From Oculina patagonica (lineage: Eukaryota), in assembly GCF_052425735.1 (NCBI RefSeq), contig NC_135761.1:43772001-43836000 (forward strand): 64,000 nt of DNA. Reading direction: 5' to 3'. Within the stretch, counting starts at the first letter, position 1; each line of letters begins with the position of its first letter. Positions 37,961 through 50,345 of this stretch are shown here, in pieces. The notes under the pieces were generated by a model. That model was given only the letters and a program-made list of their open reading frames with translations. It did not search any database and was not told the origin of the DNA. The translations under genes and the position numbers were made by a program.

Positions 37961-38284
37961 GGCCCGAGTTCGATTCCCGGGCCCGGCGTCATATGTGGGT
38001 AGAGTTTGTTGTTGGTTCTCGTCCTTGCTCCGAGGGTTTTTCTCCGGGTTCTCCGGTTTTCCTCCCTCCACAAAAAGTAACACTTCTAAATTCCAATTCG
38101 ATCGGAAAATCCGAGGGCCACAGGTTTATTAGTCGCAAGACTATTAAGTGCTACCCTCATAAAAGTAGCTGTACAGTTAGCTGTACAGTTTTAATATTTT
38201 ATTGTAATTTACCCTGAAAAACCTTTTTTGGAGAGGCAAATAAAATCTTTATCTTTATCTTTATAAAATAAAGACGATTTATTT
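37961..38284 (+). mobile_element. 5'-truncated tRNA-derived SINE (V-domain-like body)
   Basis: B-box GAGTTCGATTCC; V-SINE-like GGTTTTTCTCCGGGTTCTCCGGTTTTCCTCCC; AATAAA/ATTT tail. Confidence 0.7.
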
Positions 38285-38432
38285 TTACTTCATTTACTTG
38301 TGAATTCGTATTGTCTTGGCGGCATCACGCCAAAGGTGCGGGTGGCTCCGATAGGATAATGTGCGAGCAAAATCCGATCTAATTTTGTAGGATGTGAAAC
38401 AAGTTAATATAACGCTGAAAACAAATTTCATT

Positions 38433-38640
38433 ATGGTAATGGTAATGGTTCTTGTATAGCGCATTTACAAAGCTCAATGCGCTTCACAGTTAGAGTCACG
38501 GGACGAGAACGGACATCAGCACATCAGGCGCCTTTGGCAGCCGCTATCCGTCCATGTATATGAACTCGTCCCACCACCCAACCCGTGCATACATGTGAAT
38601 AGGCCAGACCACAACACTGGGAACTCCGTGCCCTTCTCAT
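38433..38640 (-). mobile_element. 3' fragment of a SINE related to the 52192 SINE
   Basis: The reverse complement contains GGGCACGGAGTTCCCAGTGTTGTGGTCTGGCC and AAATGCGCTATA followed by an (ACCATT)n tail, matching the 3' part of 52192-52550. Confidence 0.6.
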
Positions 38641-41562
38641 TGCTTATATAAATTTCTTTTCAAACAAGAGTTCGTCGCATGTGCTAGATCTGCGTTGTCA
38701 TACTGTGCCGTGTTGTTGTGTGTAAATCGAAAAATGCGAAACAAGAAGCTACTTCACCTCCAGCCACGCCCTTCTCTTTTGTTTGACTCCATTGATTTTC
38801 TTTACCTGTTTTCCATTCACCGAGTCACTGGTCACACTTTTCGTCCCTGACTAAGCCAAACCAATCATTTTATTTCACGAGGTTACTCATTGATGACCGA
38901 GATCGGCACCTGTTCCTAATCATAAATTAACAATAGAGGTAAATTGTTTAACGAGTTAAAGTGGCTGATCCGCTTTGTTACACTAACTAACTTGTTTTTT
39001 GGTCACACACATAAAGGAAATAATGGGATAAGCAACAAATGAAAATAAATTTTCCCCCATTAACGAATTTTCTAATTCTTATCTTGCTCGTTTTTGTTCG
39101 ACTCATGGTTTCGTCCACCTGTTGACGATTTCACAAGTCGCAGGTCAAAGTCAGTTCCTACGTCTAGTGGACCAAGCCAACCGTTTCATTTCATGACGTT
39201 TTGTGAAATAAAAGCCCATTGATAAACAAAATTATCACCTGTTTAAATTGGTCGTGTAAACTAATAAATAATCAATACTAGAATATCGTGTAAGACAAAC
39301 AAGGGCAATCTCTGCGCATATTTACAAAATAAATGGATTTTTTTATCGCATCAGAAACGTACAGGGACAAAAAAGTTCTTCTCTCCGTGAGCAGCAACCA
39401 ACTTATTTTTTTTATTTTCTCTTGCAAAGCGGGTCTTTCGCTTAACACTGAATTCTTGCAAAATGAGTGAGCAAAATTGGTGCTGGTTTTCTTTTCCTTT
39501 TATGGTAATAAAAAGAAGTGAAATTACAGCTAGCTATTAAAAATTAACTACGTGGATGCTTTATCAAATAGCATGAAACAACGCAATTTTATCAGTTTTC
39601 TCACAACTTCCTCAAAGGCAAGATCTTAAAATCGTAAGTATTAATAGCTTAACATCGCTTATCGCTTTTTAAAATAGAAACGTTTACAAATTGCCCTTTC
39701 TATTTATTTTAGTTTCCTAAAGATAACCACATTATAGAAAAATATAACTTACATCACTAAAACAGCGGAGGGTTATATCTTTATTTTCATTTTTCCCTTC
39801 AATAAGGGCAAAAATGTTGTATTAATGGTTTGACAGTATTAAAACTATTGCTCTTCATTGTTTACACAATTGCTATGTTGGTTTTAAGGGCAATTAGTCG
39901 AAAGCCTTTTTCTTTTGTTAAGCAGAATCGTGTTATAGTAACACGCGGTGTAATACATTAGCTATTCCGTCTAATAATACTTAATGAGAAATTTTTTACG
40001 TTTTGGAAACTCTGAAGAATGGCGAAACCACCGCAAACAAGAACAATTTATCTAACAAAAGAAAGTACTGTGAGTTTTCGACGGTTATTACTGTTGATAA
40101 AATAAATACACGTATAAGCGCTTTCTCAGGGCCCAATCCATCTTGAAATCTAAGTGGAAGTAGGCGGTGACAATTTTTTCTTTCTATTATTGCGTTTTGC
40201 CATGCTTATTATCTTTCACTTATTTCCCTTTTATTTAGCTTGAAAATATAAAAATTTCGAGTTTCTGTTTTAATAAAAACGGAGAATGTTTGGTGTCGAC
40301 TAAGACCGTCCAAGTCACTCACATGTGAGACGATATCGATTTGATATTCTATGGCCCTGAATTGATTTTATTCGATGTGAGGTGTTTGTCTTTCTCGCAA
40401 GTTGATTTGCCGTGAGTTGATATCCTTTGGCAGTGAATTGATTGTTTTGCTGTGAGTTTATTTTGATAAGATTGCCGTGAGCTTATTCCGACTTTAAGCC
40501 GTAAATTGCCCGGCAGAAACTAATTGAAATTCACATGGGGTATCTAAGTCAAGTTGTCTAAAGTGCTGAACGACGAAGACAAAAAGAAAGTTGCATCCTA
40601 GCATGCTAAACGTTATTTCCTATCCAATTATTCTCCGTGGACATTTCTAACAACGATTCTTGCTGCTATCAAGGCAGTTGTTAGTATTTTGCACTGCATG
40701 CATTATCTGCAGGCTTACTCAAGTTAAATTTTTACATGCAATTCTTCTTTATTTAGTATTATATAATTCTTCGTTTATTTAGTATGTTTTAATAAGTTTT
40801 GCTTTACAACTTTCAGTGTTGTTTCAATTTAGTATCCCAAAATTGTTTTCCAGTTATGTCGTATCGGTCTATGCTATTTTTTTTAACGTTATGAAACTAT
40901 TATGGAACCAGAATTGGAAGATTTAATGGCGTTATTTGACACCAGCTGATTGGCGATGCAGAAACTCTGCTTTGGATTTTTTTTTTTCTGAATTCACTTA
41001 ATAACGATGTTAAGAGCGCGCGTAGAATCTTGGTTGTTTTACAAAATACCGGCAAAGACAATCGGAAAAGAGGCCAGCTGTAACATAATTCACAGATGAG
41101 GCGGTAAACGTGGCAATATTGAGAAAATTCTACCAGTCTTCTTACAATTTCTTCAGAGGCAATTGCTAGGAATCATAGTTATTGCTGCCGATAGGCAGTC
41201 TTCATATTCTTGAAAGCATTCGAAAATTTTGGTTCAGTTGGTTCAGTGGTTCGGATCAAGATACGGGATATTCAAGAAGCAGCGAATCAGCGGTCATTTT
41301 CTATAAGCAGCAAACGTTATCCAATCAGCGACTTGCTTTCATAAAACCATGAAGAACCGAACCGACTGAATTCAGGACGATATTTCTCACCTCTTGCTAA
41401 CAAGAAATGCATTTTTTTGAGTTCAAAATGGAATGAAATAACCCTAAAGAACACTCGACCGCCTAAAAAGAGAACATTGAGGTCTTTTAAAACCTAAAAA
41501 GGCGATGAAGCAGGACAGCTTCAAGACTTAGAAACCACTGCAGTATGGTAAATATCTTCAAA

Positions 41563-42305
41563 TTAACAATTGACATCAGTTTTTTATGCGTCTACCTTGT
41601 TATTCATGATAAATTGCGTCATAACATTGTCAAAGTTTGTTGTAGATCCACTGGCCGCTAGGCGAGTGGATCTACAGCAAACTTTGACAATGTTATGACG
41701 CAATTTATTATCAATAACAGGACAGACGCATCAAAAAATGATGTCAATTTGTTTTTTACAATAACAAAAAGCCAAAACTGATTTTAAAACGAAGGAAAGA
41801 AATGTACGAGGAAGATGCGATTGTTGTACGGCCGCAGAATCTAAATTTCGTCGCTGTAATTCGGAGAATCATAGCCTCGTAATATAAAAGTTTGGTAAGA
41901 ATACGGCCAGAAATACAAGAGAAAATTCGAATCGTTCAACTAACCTTTAATCCAGTGAAGTGTTCACAAAATAATCCGCCAAAACCCGGTCCAGCTTCTT
42001 AATTTCATTTACAACACACATACCCGCTCAACGCCGATTTCCAGGTCTTAACATCCTCATCTTTTTGCTCTCAGGTTGCAATAGTTTCTTAAGTTTTAAC
42101 CGATAAATTTTAGATAATTTCCTCATTCAAGACTTCTAGTTTCGTGGGAAAATTCTCGTCTCATCAAGAATACAGCGCTAAATCAGTGCTGAAAAGTTTG
42201 ACAAAACCTTCGCTGAATGCGTTAGCAACGAGTTTCATGCGTCTGTACTATTATTGACAATGAAAATTAGCCAATCAGCGCGCCAGACTTCACTCAGATA
42301 TTGTA
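41563..42305 (+). mobile_element. Non-autonomous element with a ~190-bp terminal palindrome (hairpin-core family)
   Basis: Arms ...GATAAATTGCGTCATAACATTGTCAAAGTTTG.TGTAGATCCAC / GTGGATCTACA.CAAACTTTGACAATGTTATGACGCAATTTAT... around TGGCCGCTAGGCGA. Confidence 0.65.
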
Positions 42306-43309
42306 AAATGTTGATTCGCTTTATAAAAATCGTTTAGCTGATTTCTCGAAACTAGATTAAATAACTTCAGTTTGAAATTTCGTTTGGCTTTGCTATGCTG
42401 TGTTACACATTGCTTTCCGCGAGCGTCTGGAAAATTATAATCCCTTGCGTGTGTTCCCGCACGCAACAGCGACGCAAGGAACTCGAAAGTCGTTTGCTTC
42501 TAACAGCAAATGTACAGTGTATATTTAATGAAAATTTGTCCAACCTTTTAATTTTATTTTGTACTTTTAATTCGAAGGTTAAGTGTACATTATAAAAGCG
42601 GCGTTGTATAAAACCTTGAAAAATTTGCATAACCGTATTGAAATTTAATAGCCGAGTTGTTTTCATTTGAGATGAGTAGGAATTTTGATTTTCAAGATTG
42701 TGATATGACTTACAGGTATACTTCATCTGCAACTTTTTTTTTCTTTTTACATAAGAAAATATTAATATACATTTCAAATGAAGTTATTTTTCTGTACATT
42801 CATATATTCTTGAAGTGTAACGGCAGCATTTCACTTCTCATTAAGAACTTCTAGTTGTTAAGTTTCATCTTTTCTGCTCCACCTATGGGATAATGTCTAA
42901 CAAATATCCATGACATCAAGGACTGGAGCTGAGCCTGGGAGAGACATCATGGCGGTGTCCACAGCGGTGCCTTGGTACAGAAAGTGGGCAAAATTTTTTG
43001 CAGCAGTAGCATACTTTTTTACAAGCTTTTTCAGGACTTTAATCGTTGCTAAAGAAAAAGAAAACATATTCTACAAGTTGTAACAATAGGGAAATTTTTA
43101 GGCATGTATTGCCTTTCCTCTCCCCGTTTGTTTTCGGGATAACACACTAGAGCTCAAAATTATATAGTGAATATATGCCATTCTTAGCAACAACAGGTTG
43201 ATATGCCAGCCTTTCGTCACTGTGTCCAGAAACCGTTCCGAGGACAAAGGAATTTACTCTAACATTGTTTTCTTTCCAGTGATCAGGCAATCTGCGTCTG
43301 GCTTTGAAG

Positions 43310-45309
43310 ATGTTTATCGCTCTGCTGTGTTGTTTATTCTTTGGAGCAACCATATGTTTTGGGGAACCGAACCCTTCTTCAACGGCCAAAGAGGCGAAAT
43401 TGGCTAAAGCAGTGGAAAAGGCCATGCTGCAAATACTGGGCTTGAAAACTCCTCCTAAACCAAAAAAGGGATCAAAGGACAAAATACCGCAGTTCATGCT
43501 TGACTCGATTAATAAACAAGTCAATGAATCTGCGAGGAGAGGAATGGAGGTGTCTGAAACTACCAACCAAAAATTGGAAAATGAAGGTTTGCAAATCAAG
43601 AGATAATACACGTGTACGACAGAGAATATTAAAGACATATCATTTTAAAATGTCACTTAGCTAAAGCAAATGCCTTGTTAGTGGGGCGCGCTTATTGCAG
43701 TTAAGCGTGACGCGCTATAAACGGGGACAAAGCGGTAGACTGTGTAGTGTAGCAAAGAAACAATCTTCCCTTTAAAAGTCATTTTAGTATCATCATTATT
43801 ATTATCAATATACAGGACCAAATAACACCAAGATAACTTACAGATTTAGATAATACAAGTGTGCTTCATTCGTATTGAAAATTTTATACTTTAATGGGGC
43901 ATAAGTGTTGTCCAAGTTTAGTTGACAATTGCAGTAATTTCTCTGAAAATATACTGATCAAAAATACACCTGACACCTCATTGATAACCGTTATACTTTA
44001 TAAAACGCCACTTCGTAATTGAACTTAGGCGTAGAATTTCCTCACTACTTCAGCTAATTTAGCTCGACGGGAAAAATATGAATGAGGTAAAAAGATATTC
44101 GTTTCGTTTCTTGTAAAACAACAAAAAGTGTGATTTTTTTTTTATCCTCACCTTGTGCGTTTCCTTCAAGTTGCAAGTATCTATAAGTTTCAATCCGAAT
44201 TTTTGGCCGCGATTTTTTCAATTCAATTTGATTTATTTCCGGACAACATCCGTTTGGCAAGACATCTAGAGAAACTGCACAAAACTGCGTTAATGTCTAA
44301 GCTTGCTGTACGCAACTGGATGAGGTTTTCACCGGGTCAATAAATCTAAACCTAAGTGATTAAAATTCATTGGATGATGATCCGTGGACCAATCAACTGC
44401 AGAGCAGATAATGCAAAAGCAGCCCTTCTGGGAGACATTAGGAACCTTCACATTGAAGTACGAGTACGAGATTGAGTAAGAGTAAGACTTTCGAATATCA
44501 ATCCAGTTACGTTTCCCGAGTCCCAACTCCTTCCTGCTGTTGACCAGTTGAAAAGGAGAATATCGGTGTGAGATTGGTGTGAAATGAGATAATCGAAACC
44601 ATAAGCACTAGGTTTGAAAAATCATACTCCTACCCAATCTCGTACTCGTACACCGATCCGAAGGACCCTATTTCAAACCCGCCAAGTACCGGTTTTGAAG
44701 AGGCAGTTGCGTATATATAACGATAACAATTATAATAATTAAAAAAAAAAACATAAGATGGACAAGTTTCATTGGTTCACGAAAACGCGCCCTTTCCCTG
44801 TGGAAGAATAAAGCTTTGCTCGCTTACTTGATGTTGGTTTGTCGGAACAATGATCCGAGCAATTATTTAAGCTTTTTCAGCATTGCGGCTAAGAAAGTCT
44901 TTATTGAACCTCTATGGGATTTCCATGACATCAAGTATTAAACCCGGTTATTTTTGTTTGTACAACAGGGGATCTATCCGCGAGGACAAGTCGCCGCACT
45001 TGCCAGAAGCATTCTTTATATATCGACTTCAACAGACTTTGGGGTGAAGATAATTGGATCATTGCTCCTGCTGGTTTTCATGCATATTACTGCGATGGTG
45101 AATGTTCAGTTCCCATGGATGCTCACCTGAGCCCCACAAACCATGCAGTCTTTCAAGATTTCTGGCATTCGGTTGAGTCTACCGTGCCAGGCCCCTGCTG
45201 CGTGCCTACAGAGCTGCGATCTCAGAGTCTCATCTACCGTGATGCCAACGGCGAAATCAAGGATCGGGTTTACTCAGACATGTCTGTAGAAACATGTGGA
45301 TGTCGCTGA
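43310..45309 (+). CDS. TGF-beta/BMP-family ligand, copy 2 (exons 43310-43586, 44969-45309; 205 aa) with a very short, arm-less prodomain
   Basis: Signal peptide MFIALLCCLFFGATICFG; straitjacket KAVEKAMLQILGLKTPPKP..IPQFMLD; phase-1 intron GAAG|GTTTG..ACAG|GG; RTSRR cleavage site; all 7 Cys, including CxGxC (CDGEC), CC and the terminal CGCR. Exon 1 length (277 nt) is identical to copy 1. Confidence 0.9.
44438..44670. mobile_element. MITE in the intron of TGF-beta copy 2
   Basis: TAGGAACCTTC..GTACGAGTACGAGATTG / CAATCTCGTACTCGTAC..GAAGGACCCTA inverted ends; absent from the copy-1 intron. Confidence 0.6.
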
Positions 45310-46122
45310 TTAGAGGACCGAGATGTTTTCCAACCATAGCCATGTAACTCCGTTAATTTAAAATGTCCGACGTCTTGCACTGTATTTGCACTGAGTCGAT
45401 GTGAAGTACAAATAAATGGAAAAGACACAGTTGTCCTTAAAAAAAAAAACACTGACTGTTTATTATTTTTTTTTATTTTCGATCCGACCCCTTCTTAATT
45501 TGTTTCACATGAGTCATCCTTTTGTTATTAACCACGCACGCGGTTCTTGCTCTGCTAGCGGTTTCTTTTTCCGTTTTGTCGGTGAATAGACCCAAGCATC
45601 CACTCGACCAAATCGTTTAAAGTTTATTCGCCAAAAGCTCATAAAACGACATCACTTTGCTCATTTGCATTATAGAAAAACGTAAATATCGTTAAAACGA
45701 AAACAAAAAATATATCAAAAAAGGCAAAACGCCAATCTCCATATATAAATTTTAAAAGGATTTCAAAGTAGCAGCAATTATTGTTTTTTACTTCATAGGC
45801 ACTTTAACCTTATCCAGACCCGGGGGGGGGGGGGGGGGAGGCGGAAAGTGCCCGCGCCGACTTTGAACGCTAATAACTTTTTTAATATTCAGCCAAACGC
45901 TGTCAAACTTTACGTTTTTATCTAACATTTATCAAGAATGTACTTTCAGACTCTTCTTTTCAGTCTTTTCAGACTATTACTTCTCAGACTCATGAATGAT
46001 TCATCAAATTAAAACAAAGAAAAACACAACCGTGAAGTAGGTTTGGATACCCGGTCTTAATTAGAATAGATTTGTAAAATTTTATTTGTCCGTTTACTCC
46101 TTATTTTTTGTTTTGATTGAGA

Positions 46123-46282
46123 AGATCTATCAAACACTAGAGAAAGTATCTCATCGGCTATCCAAACACCTCGGATTTCGTCAAAAATACTCTGCTGCGC
46201 GTCGTCACGTGATGATTTTCAACTCTCCTCTCGGTGTTTGGATATCCCGATGAACCACTGCCTCATGTTTTTGAAATATTAC
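46123..46282 (-). mobile_element. Terminal palindrome of a hairpin-core non-autonomous element
   Basis: TCATCGGCTATCCAAACACC / GGTGTTTGGATATCCCGATGA arms around ACTCTGCTGCGCGTCGT. Confidence 0.6.
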
Positions 46283-46919
46283 TTCCAAGGGTTAACAATT
46301 GCCTTTTTGTGTATTTTTTCGCCAAATACTTACTGCAGCGACAATTTCAGGCTAATAAAACAGAATACCAAACTCTCTGTGGGCTAAGAAAAAAATGTTT
46401 AACTACACAGGGGCATGGTTAGTCTGCGTCGCAAAGAGTCTTAACCGCCGAATAAGTCTGGCTGTAACGCAGGCCAGGCTATGGTTGACAACGCAGATGT
46501 TGGGCTTGGAATTAACGAATCTTTCAGCGTTTTTTTTTTCTGGGAGCAGAATAGTCGGAATGAAATTCAAAGTATTCCACGACCAGAATAGGAAGAGCAG
46601 CCAAACGAACGTTAACTCGTGTTATTTCAATTATTCTTATTCTGGATTGATCCCAAACGAACGCACCCTGTCTCATGAGAGATTTTTTTAACCATCGTTT
46701 CCCCGAAATGCTAACTTTTCTCTCGTTTTTAAGTCATTTGCCTGCTCAAGGGGAATATGGAACCTGTTAAACTCGCTTTTTAGAGTACAAATATCATTAA
46801 AACGATTTTATGGAGTAAAAAAATCGTGAGATATTTGTAGTCGTTTTGCGCGTTTTTTTCATTCCGCGAAACTCTACTCACTTCCTGCGAAAGTCTCGCT
46901 TTTCCATATCACTTCATTT

Positions 46920-47587
46920 TAGGTTTTGGTAGATTGTGCTCGAAAAAAGCATGTTATGCTTTTAGCAGTGCTTGTATTTTTTAGAAATTATGCCAAAATT
47001 ATGCTACTTTCTGAAAATTATGCTCTCTGTCACCGAAATTATATTATATATTTTGCTGAAAATAAAGATCACCAGTAACTCTATCAATTTTAACTTTAAT
47101 GAACATTCCAGTCTTACAGTGCAAATACGTATGTGCGCACCTCAAAAAGCCAAATGATTAACAAATGATATCCAAATCAAGCGTTTCTGGGTTCTGAATC
47201 CGAGCCAGAAAGTTACTTGTATATACTTGTTTTAGACGCCATCCACGCAAAGCCCTCAGTTCAGTATAAAGACAACTATGCATTAAAATTTAAAAAAAAA
47301 ATAAGAATTTAAAAATTAAAAAAAACTCTCAGATATGCACAGGGTGATCTGGAGTCTACCGGACCGTATTTGACCATGGGTCTTCTCACAGACCTCAATA
47401 TTTTTCCAAAAAAATACAGAAATAAAATACAAACTGAATTACTTTAGAACTATGATGGTTATTTTTGCTTTCAACGCATAAAAGCTTGGATTATGCTAGC
47501 AGTGCTAAACTGAAATAAAAGCTTAAAATAATGGTCGTTTTGCTAAATTGTGCTTAAAATTATGCTAGCACAATCTACCAAAGCCTA
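46920..47587. mobile_element. hAT-type MITE (TAGG...CCTA) with 8-bp TSD
   Basis: TIR TAGGTTTTGGTAGATTGTGCT / AGCACAATCTACCAAAGCCTA; TSD CTTCATTT. The empty site is visible in the homologous sequence at 18928-18945. Confidence 0.88.
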
Positions 47588-47611
47588 CTTCATTTAAAGG
47601 ACAGTTAATTT

Positions 47612-47659
47612 CAACCTCGTTCCCAGGACTTTTCCCTTGTTTTTTTGGAAACGAGGTTA
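47612..47659. mobile_element. 48-bp mini-MITE with 9-bp TSD (Mutator-like TSD length)
   Basis: CAACCTCGTT(C)CC ... GGAAACGAGGTTA flanked by AGTTAATTT on both sides; absent from the homologous sequence at ~18945. Confidence 0.7.
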
Positions 47660-47723
47660 AGTTAATTTGTTTTCACAGATAGCAGGCATATTCCCTATTT
47701 ATCCGAGTTCTCAAGTTGTTTTT

Positions 47724-47915
47724 ATCAATCAATCAATCAAACAATCAATCAATCAATCAATCAATCCGTCAATCAATCAATCAATCAATCAAACAATCAA
47801 ACAATCAAACAATCAAACAATCAAACAATCAAACAATCAATCAATCAACCAATAAAACTTTATTTAAACGGGGTGACACATGATAATTAAGCAGCTAATA
47901 AATTTGTGGCCCTTT
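47724..47915 (-). repeat. (TCAA/AAAC)n microsatellite, probably the tail of a very short LINE 3' remnant on the minus strand
   Basis: Tetranucleotide array at 47724-47852, preceded on the minus strand by AATAAAG. Confidence 0.7.
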
Positions 47916-48416
47916 ATGCAAACCAGTTCAAGTATTTTTTCCGTGCAAGGATAAAATTCGGCAACTATAATGCAAAAAATAGCAATTTTTCAAACTCGTG
48001 GGAACAACAACCTGTAGAAATCTCTTGCTCAAGAAGTCTAGTCCTCTTCCCCACGTTTTTTTTTTTCTGCCAATCCCGAGGGTGCAAAAAAAAAAGTCTA
48101 AGAAGATCATCCAGAACACATGAAGGAAAACCCATGAAAAAATGGAAAAAGCGTGGCAAACACGTGGAGAGCAACGGAGTAGTGCTTTGCATTCTTCTGG
48201 CTTTCCTGTGCAGGTGTTCAGGTGATTATGGTAAAGAAATTGCAAACAAACCAAAGCAAACCTGACCCATACCCTCTCACCGCCATAGCTAAAGAGACTA
48301 CTTCACAACACCATTTAGCATCCCCCAGGATGACCACTGATATCATTGGAAATGCACAGGGTGAAAGTGTCAAACCTTCGTCCCTTGGCTTGCGGAAGTG
48401 AATAATCATTGTAGGA

Positions 48417-48560
48417 TAGACTGTCCATATCCTCTCTATTTTAGAATGCAAAACGCCTATGCGCCTCCCGTTTTGCGCAGGCGGCCAGTTCTCTCGCCGT
48501 TTTCACCGCGCGCTCAACAATCGAAAGAATACGAAAAAGTAGAGGGCTGTGAACAGTCTA
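48417..48560. mobile_element. Short MITE (TAGACTGT...ACAGTCTA termini)
   Basis: Terminal inverted repeats are visible. Confidence 0.55.
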
Positions 48561-48920
48561 TTTGTAAAACAAAGCTAATTAATGTCTGCAAAAAAGAATA
48601 ATTGCATCTCCCCTTCCCTTTTGTCTGTCGGGAGTAACTCCTGGCCCCGGTTTTTTAAGGATGGATAATAAAATCGACCCAATAAATTATTATCCAGTGA
48701 AAAGTATAGTATGTATTGTTAACACTTATTCACTGAAGAGCGAATTATCAGGTGAATAGAGTTATCTACCCTTTGAGGAATACGCCCCTGATGTCTATTC
48801 CCCTTGATTCCCTATATTACTCCCAGAACACGCTTATGTTGTCTGAGCTTCGTGTAGGGTAAAATCATTTGCATTCTATTTTTAAAGCTCGCGAGCTTCG
48901 CTACTGAAAGGCGAGTGTAA

Positions 48921-49196
48921 GGCCCCGTCCACACTGACCCGGGTAAATCTGAAAACGGAGAAATTTAAAAAAGGCCGCGTTGAGTTACAACGAATGCATA
49001 GAGCTATTGCTATGCTAATTAAACCTTTTGTTTTGACAGAAAACACATGCCGTTTTGACCAGCGACTATTTGGAAAGCGTTTTTTACAAATACTGTTTTC
49101 GGTGACCGAAAACGCCGGTTCAGTGTGGACGGTTGGCCTAACCGGAGGAAAAAAAGATGCGTTTTCAAATTTTCCCGGGTCAGTGTGGACGGGGCC
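48921..49196. mobile_element. PIF/Harbinger MITE
   Basis: TIR GGCCCCGTCCACACTGACCCGGG; TSD TAA. Confidence 0.88.
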
Positions 49197-49724
49197 TAAA
49201 GTGTCTTGTGCTGAGGATAAAAACGCAGGGCCCGAGCCCACTGGCGCACTAACCATAAGGTAACTGCGCCTTCCGAATAGAATGCTAATCCATTCAGTTC
49301 CAAAATCCACCATTCAATCAAGAATGAGCTATTTAGTCCGATATGCTCTTCATTAAGAACATGTTTCATTCGTTTTGTAGTTTTTTAGTTATATTAACAA
49401 TTACTAATAATAAAGTAACGACAAAGGGCGACGTTAACCATCTTTATACCCTTTTATATCTCCAAAATATCGCTTAAAAGTTCCAGCAGCTTTAAGTTTT
49501 TGATAAATTTTGGAAGTGAGGCATTCCACCAGCAATCAACACAATTACTGAATCTTTTGAGCCATGAAGTCTCAACAATTATGCCCCTTGCTTTGATCTA
49601 AAAATTCTGTCAAATAGCGAAAATAAAGTTTTACATTTAGAGGCATCAAGCAAAAAATATCTAACTTTCTTAAAGTTATATTTGGAATTTTTATGACCAG
49701 TTATTTATAAATCTTAAATCCTTA

Positions 49725-49897
49725 AGGCCGATTTACACGGTACGATTTTGTCGCATGCGACATGCTTGCGACATGCCTACGACAGGCCTACGACACGAAT
49801 TGTGTCGTGTAAATCAAACCTACAACTCGCTTATGACTGTCGTAGGCGTGTCGTTAGATTATCGTATGCGACAAAATCGTACCGTGTAAATCGGCCT
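49725..49897. mobile_element. PIF/Harbinger MITE
   Basis: TIR AGGCCGATTTACACGGTACGATTTTGTCGCAT; TSD TTA. Confidence 0.88.
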
Positions 49898-50345
49898 TTA
49901 CATAGTTTATTCGATTATTACAAATCAGCTTTGGATATTTACATGACACTCCAATCCAACATGGCGGAGATTTTGAAATGTATGACGTCTTTTTGGCGTT
50001 TCATTTTTATTGTTTTCGCTGGTCTTTAATCATGCTTGATTTCAACTGCGATACCAGTTATCTCAGTTTTACAGTTTTACGCTTGGGGTCATTTACTTGC
50101 AGTGTTTTCACGGTATCACAACTGAAACAAATTACTGAAATTCTCTTATTTTTCTTGTTACCTCATAGAGTACTCGGTCGTTCTATGATCGTTAATTTAC
50201 CATAATAAACGACCGTAACCAAGACAATGATTTTACAGCTAAAATTGTAATTACATAGTCGCATATAACAAAGAAATGTTTTGTACTGATCAGTTTTTTT
50301 TTTATTCTGTGGTTTAACATTAAGTGATCTTCATTTTATGTCAGG

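Noticed and set aside
43587-44968. Hidden prodomain arm-domain exons in the copy-2 intron
   Set aside because: No long phase-compatible ORF with arm-like motifs. The extra length relative to the 301-bp copy-1 intron is inserted sequence, including a MITE.
47667-47855. NQSI-repeat ORF
   Set aside because: Microsatellite translation.
48134-48231. Hydrophobic segment GVVLCILLAFLCRCSGDY followed by GTAAAG (possible SLC22 or secreted-peptide exon)
   Set aside because: No recognisable family motif or convincing acceptor; cannot be supported.
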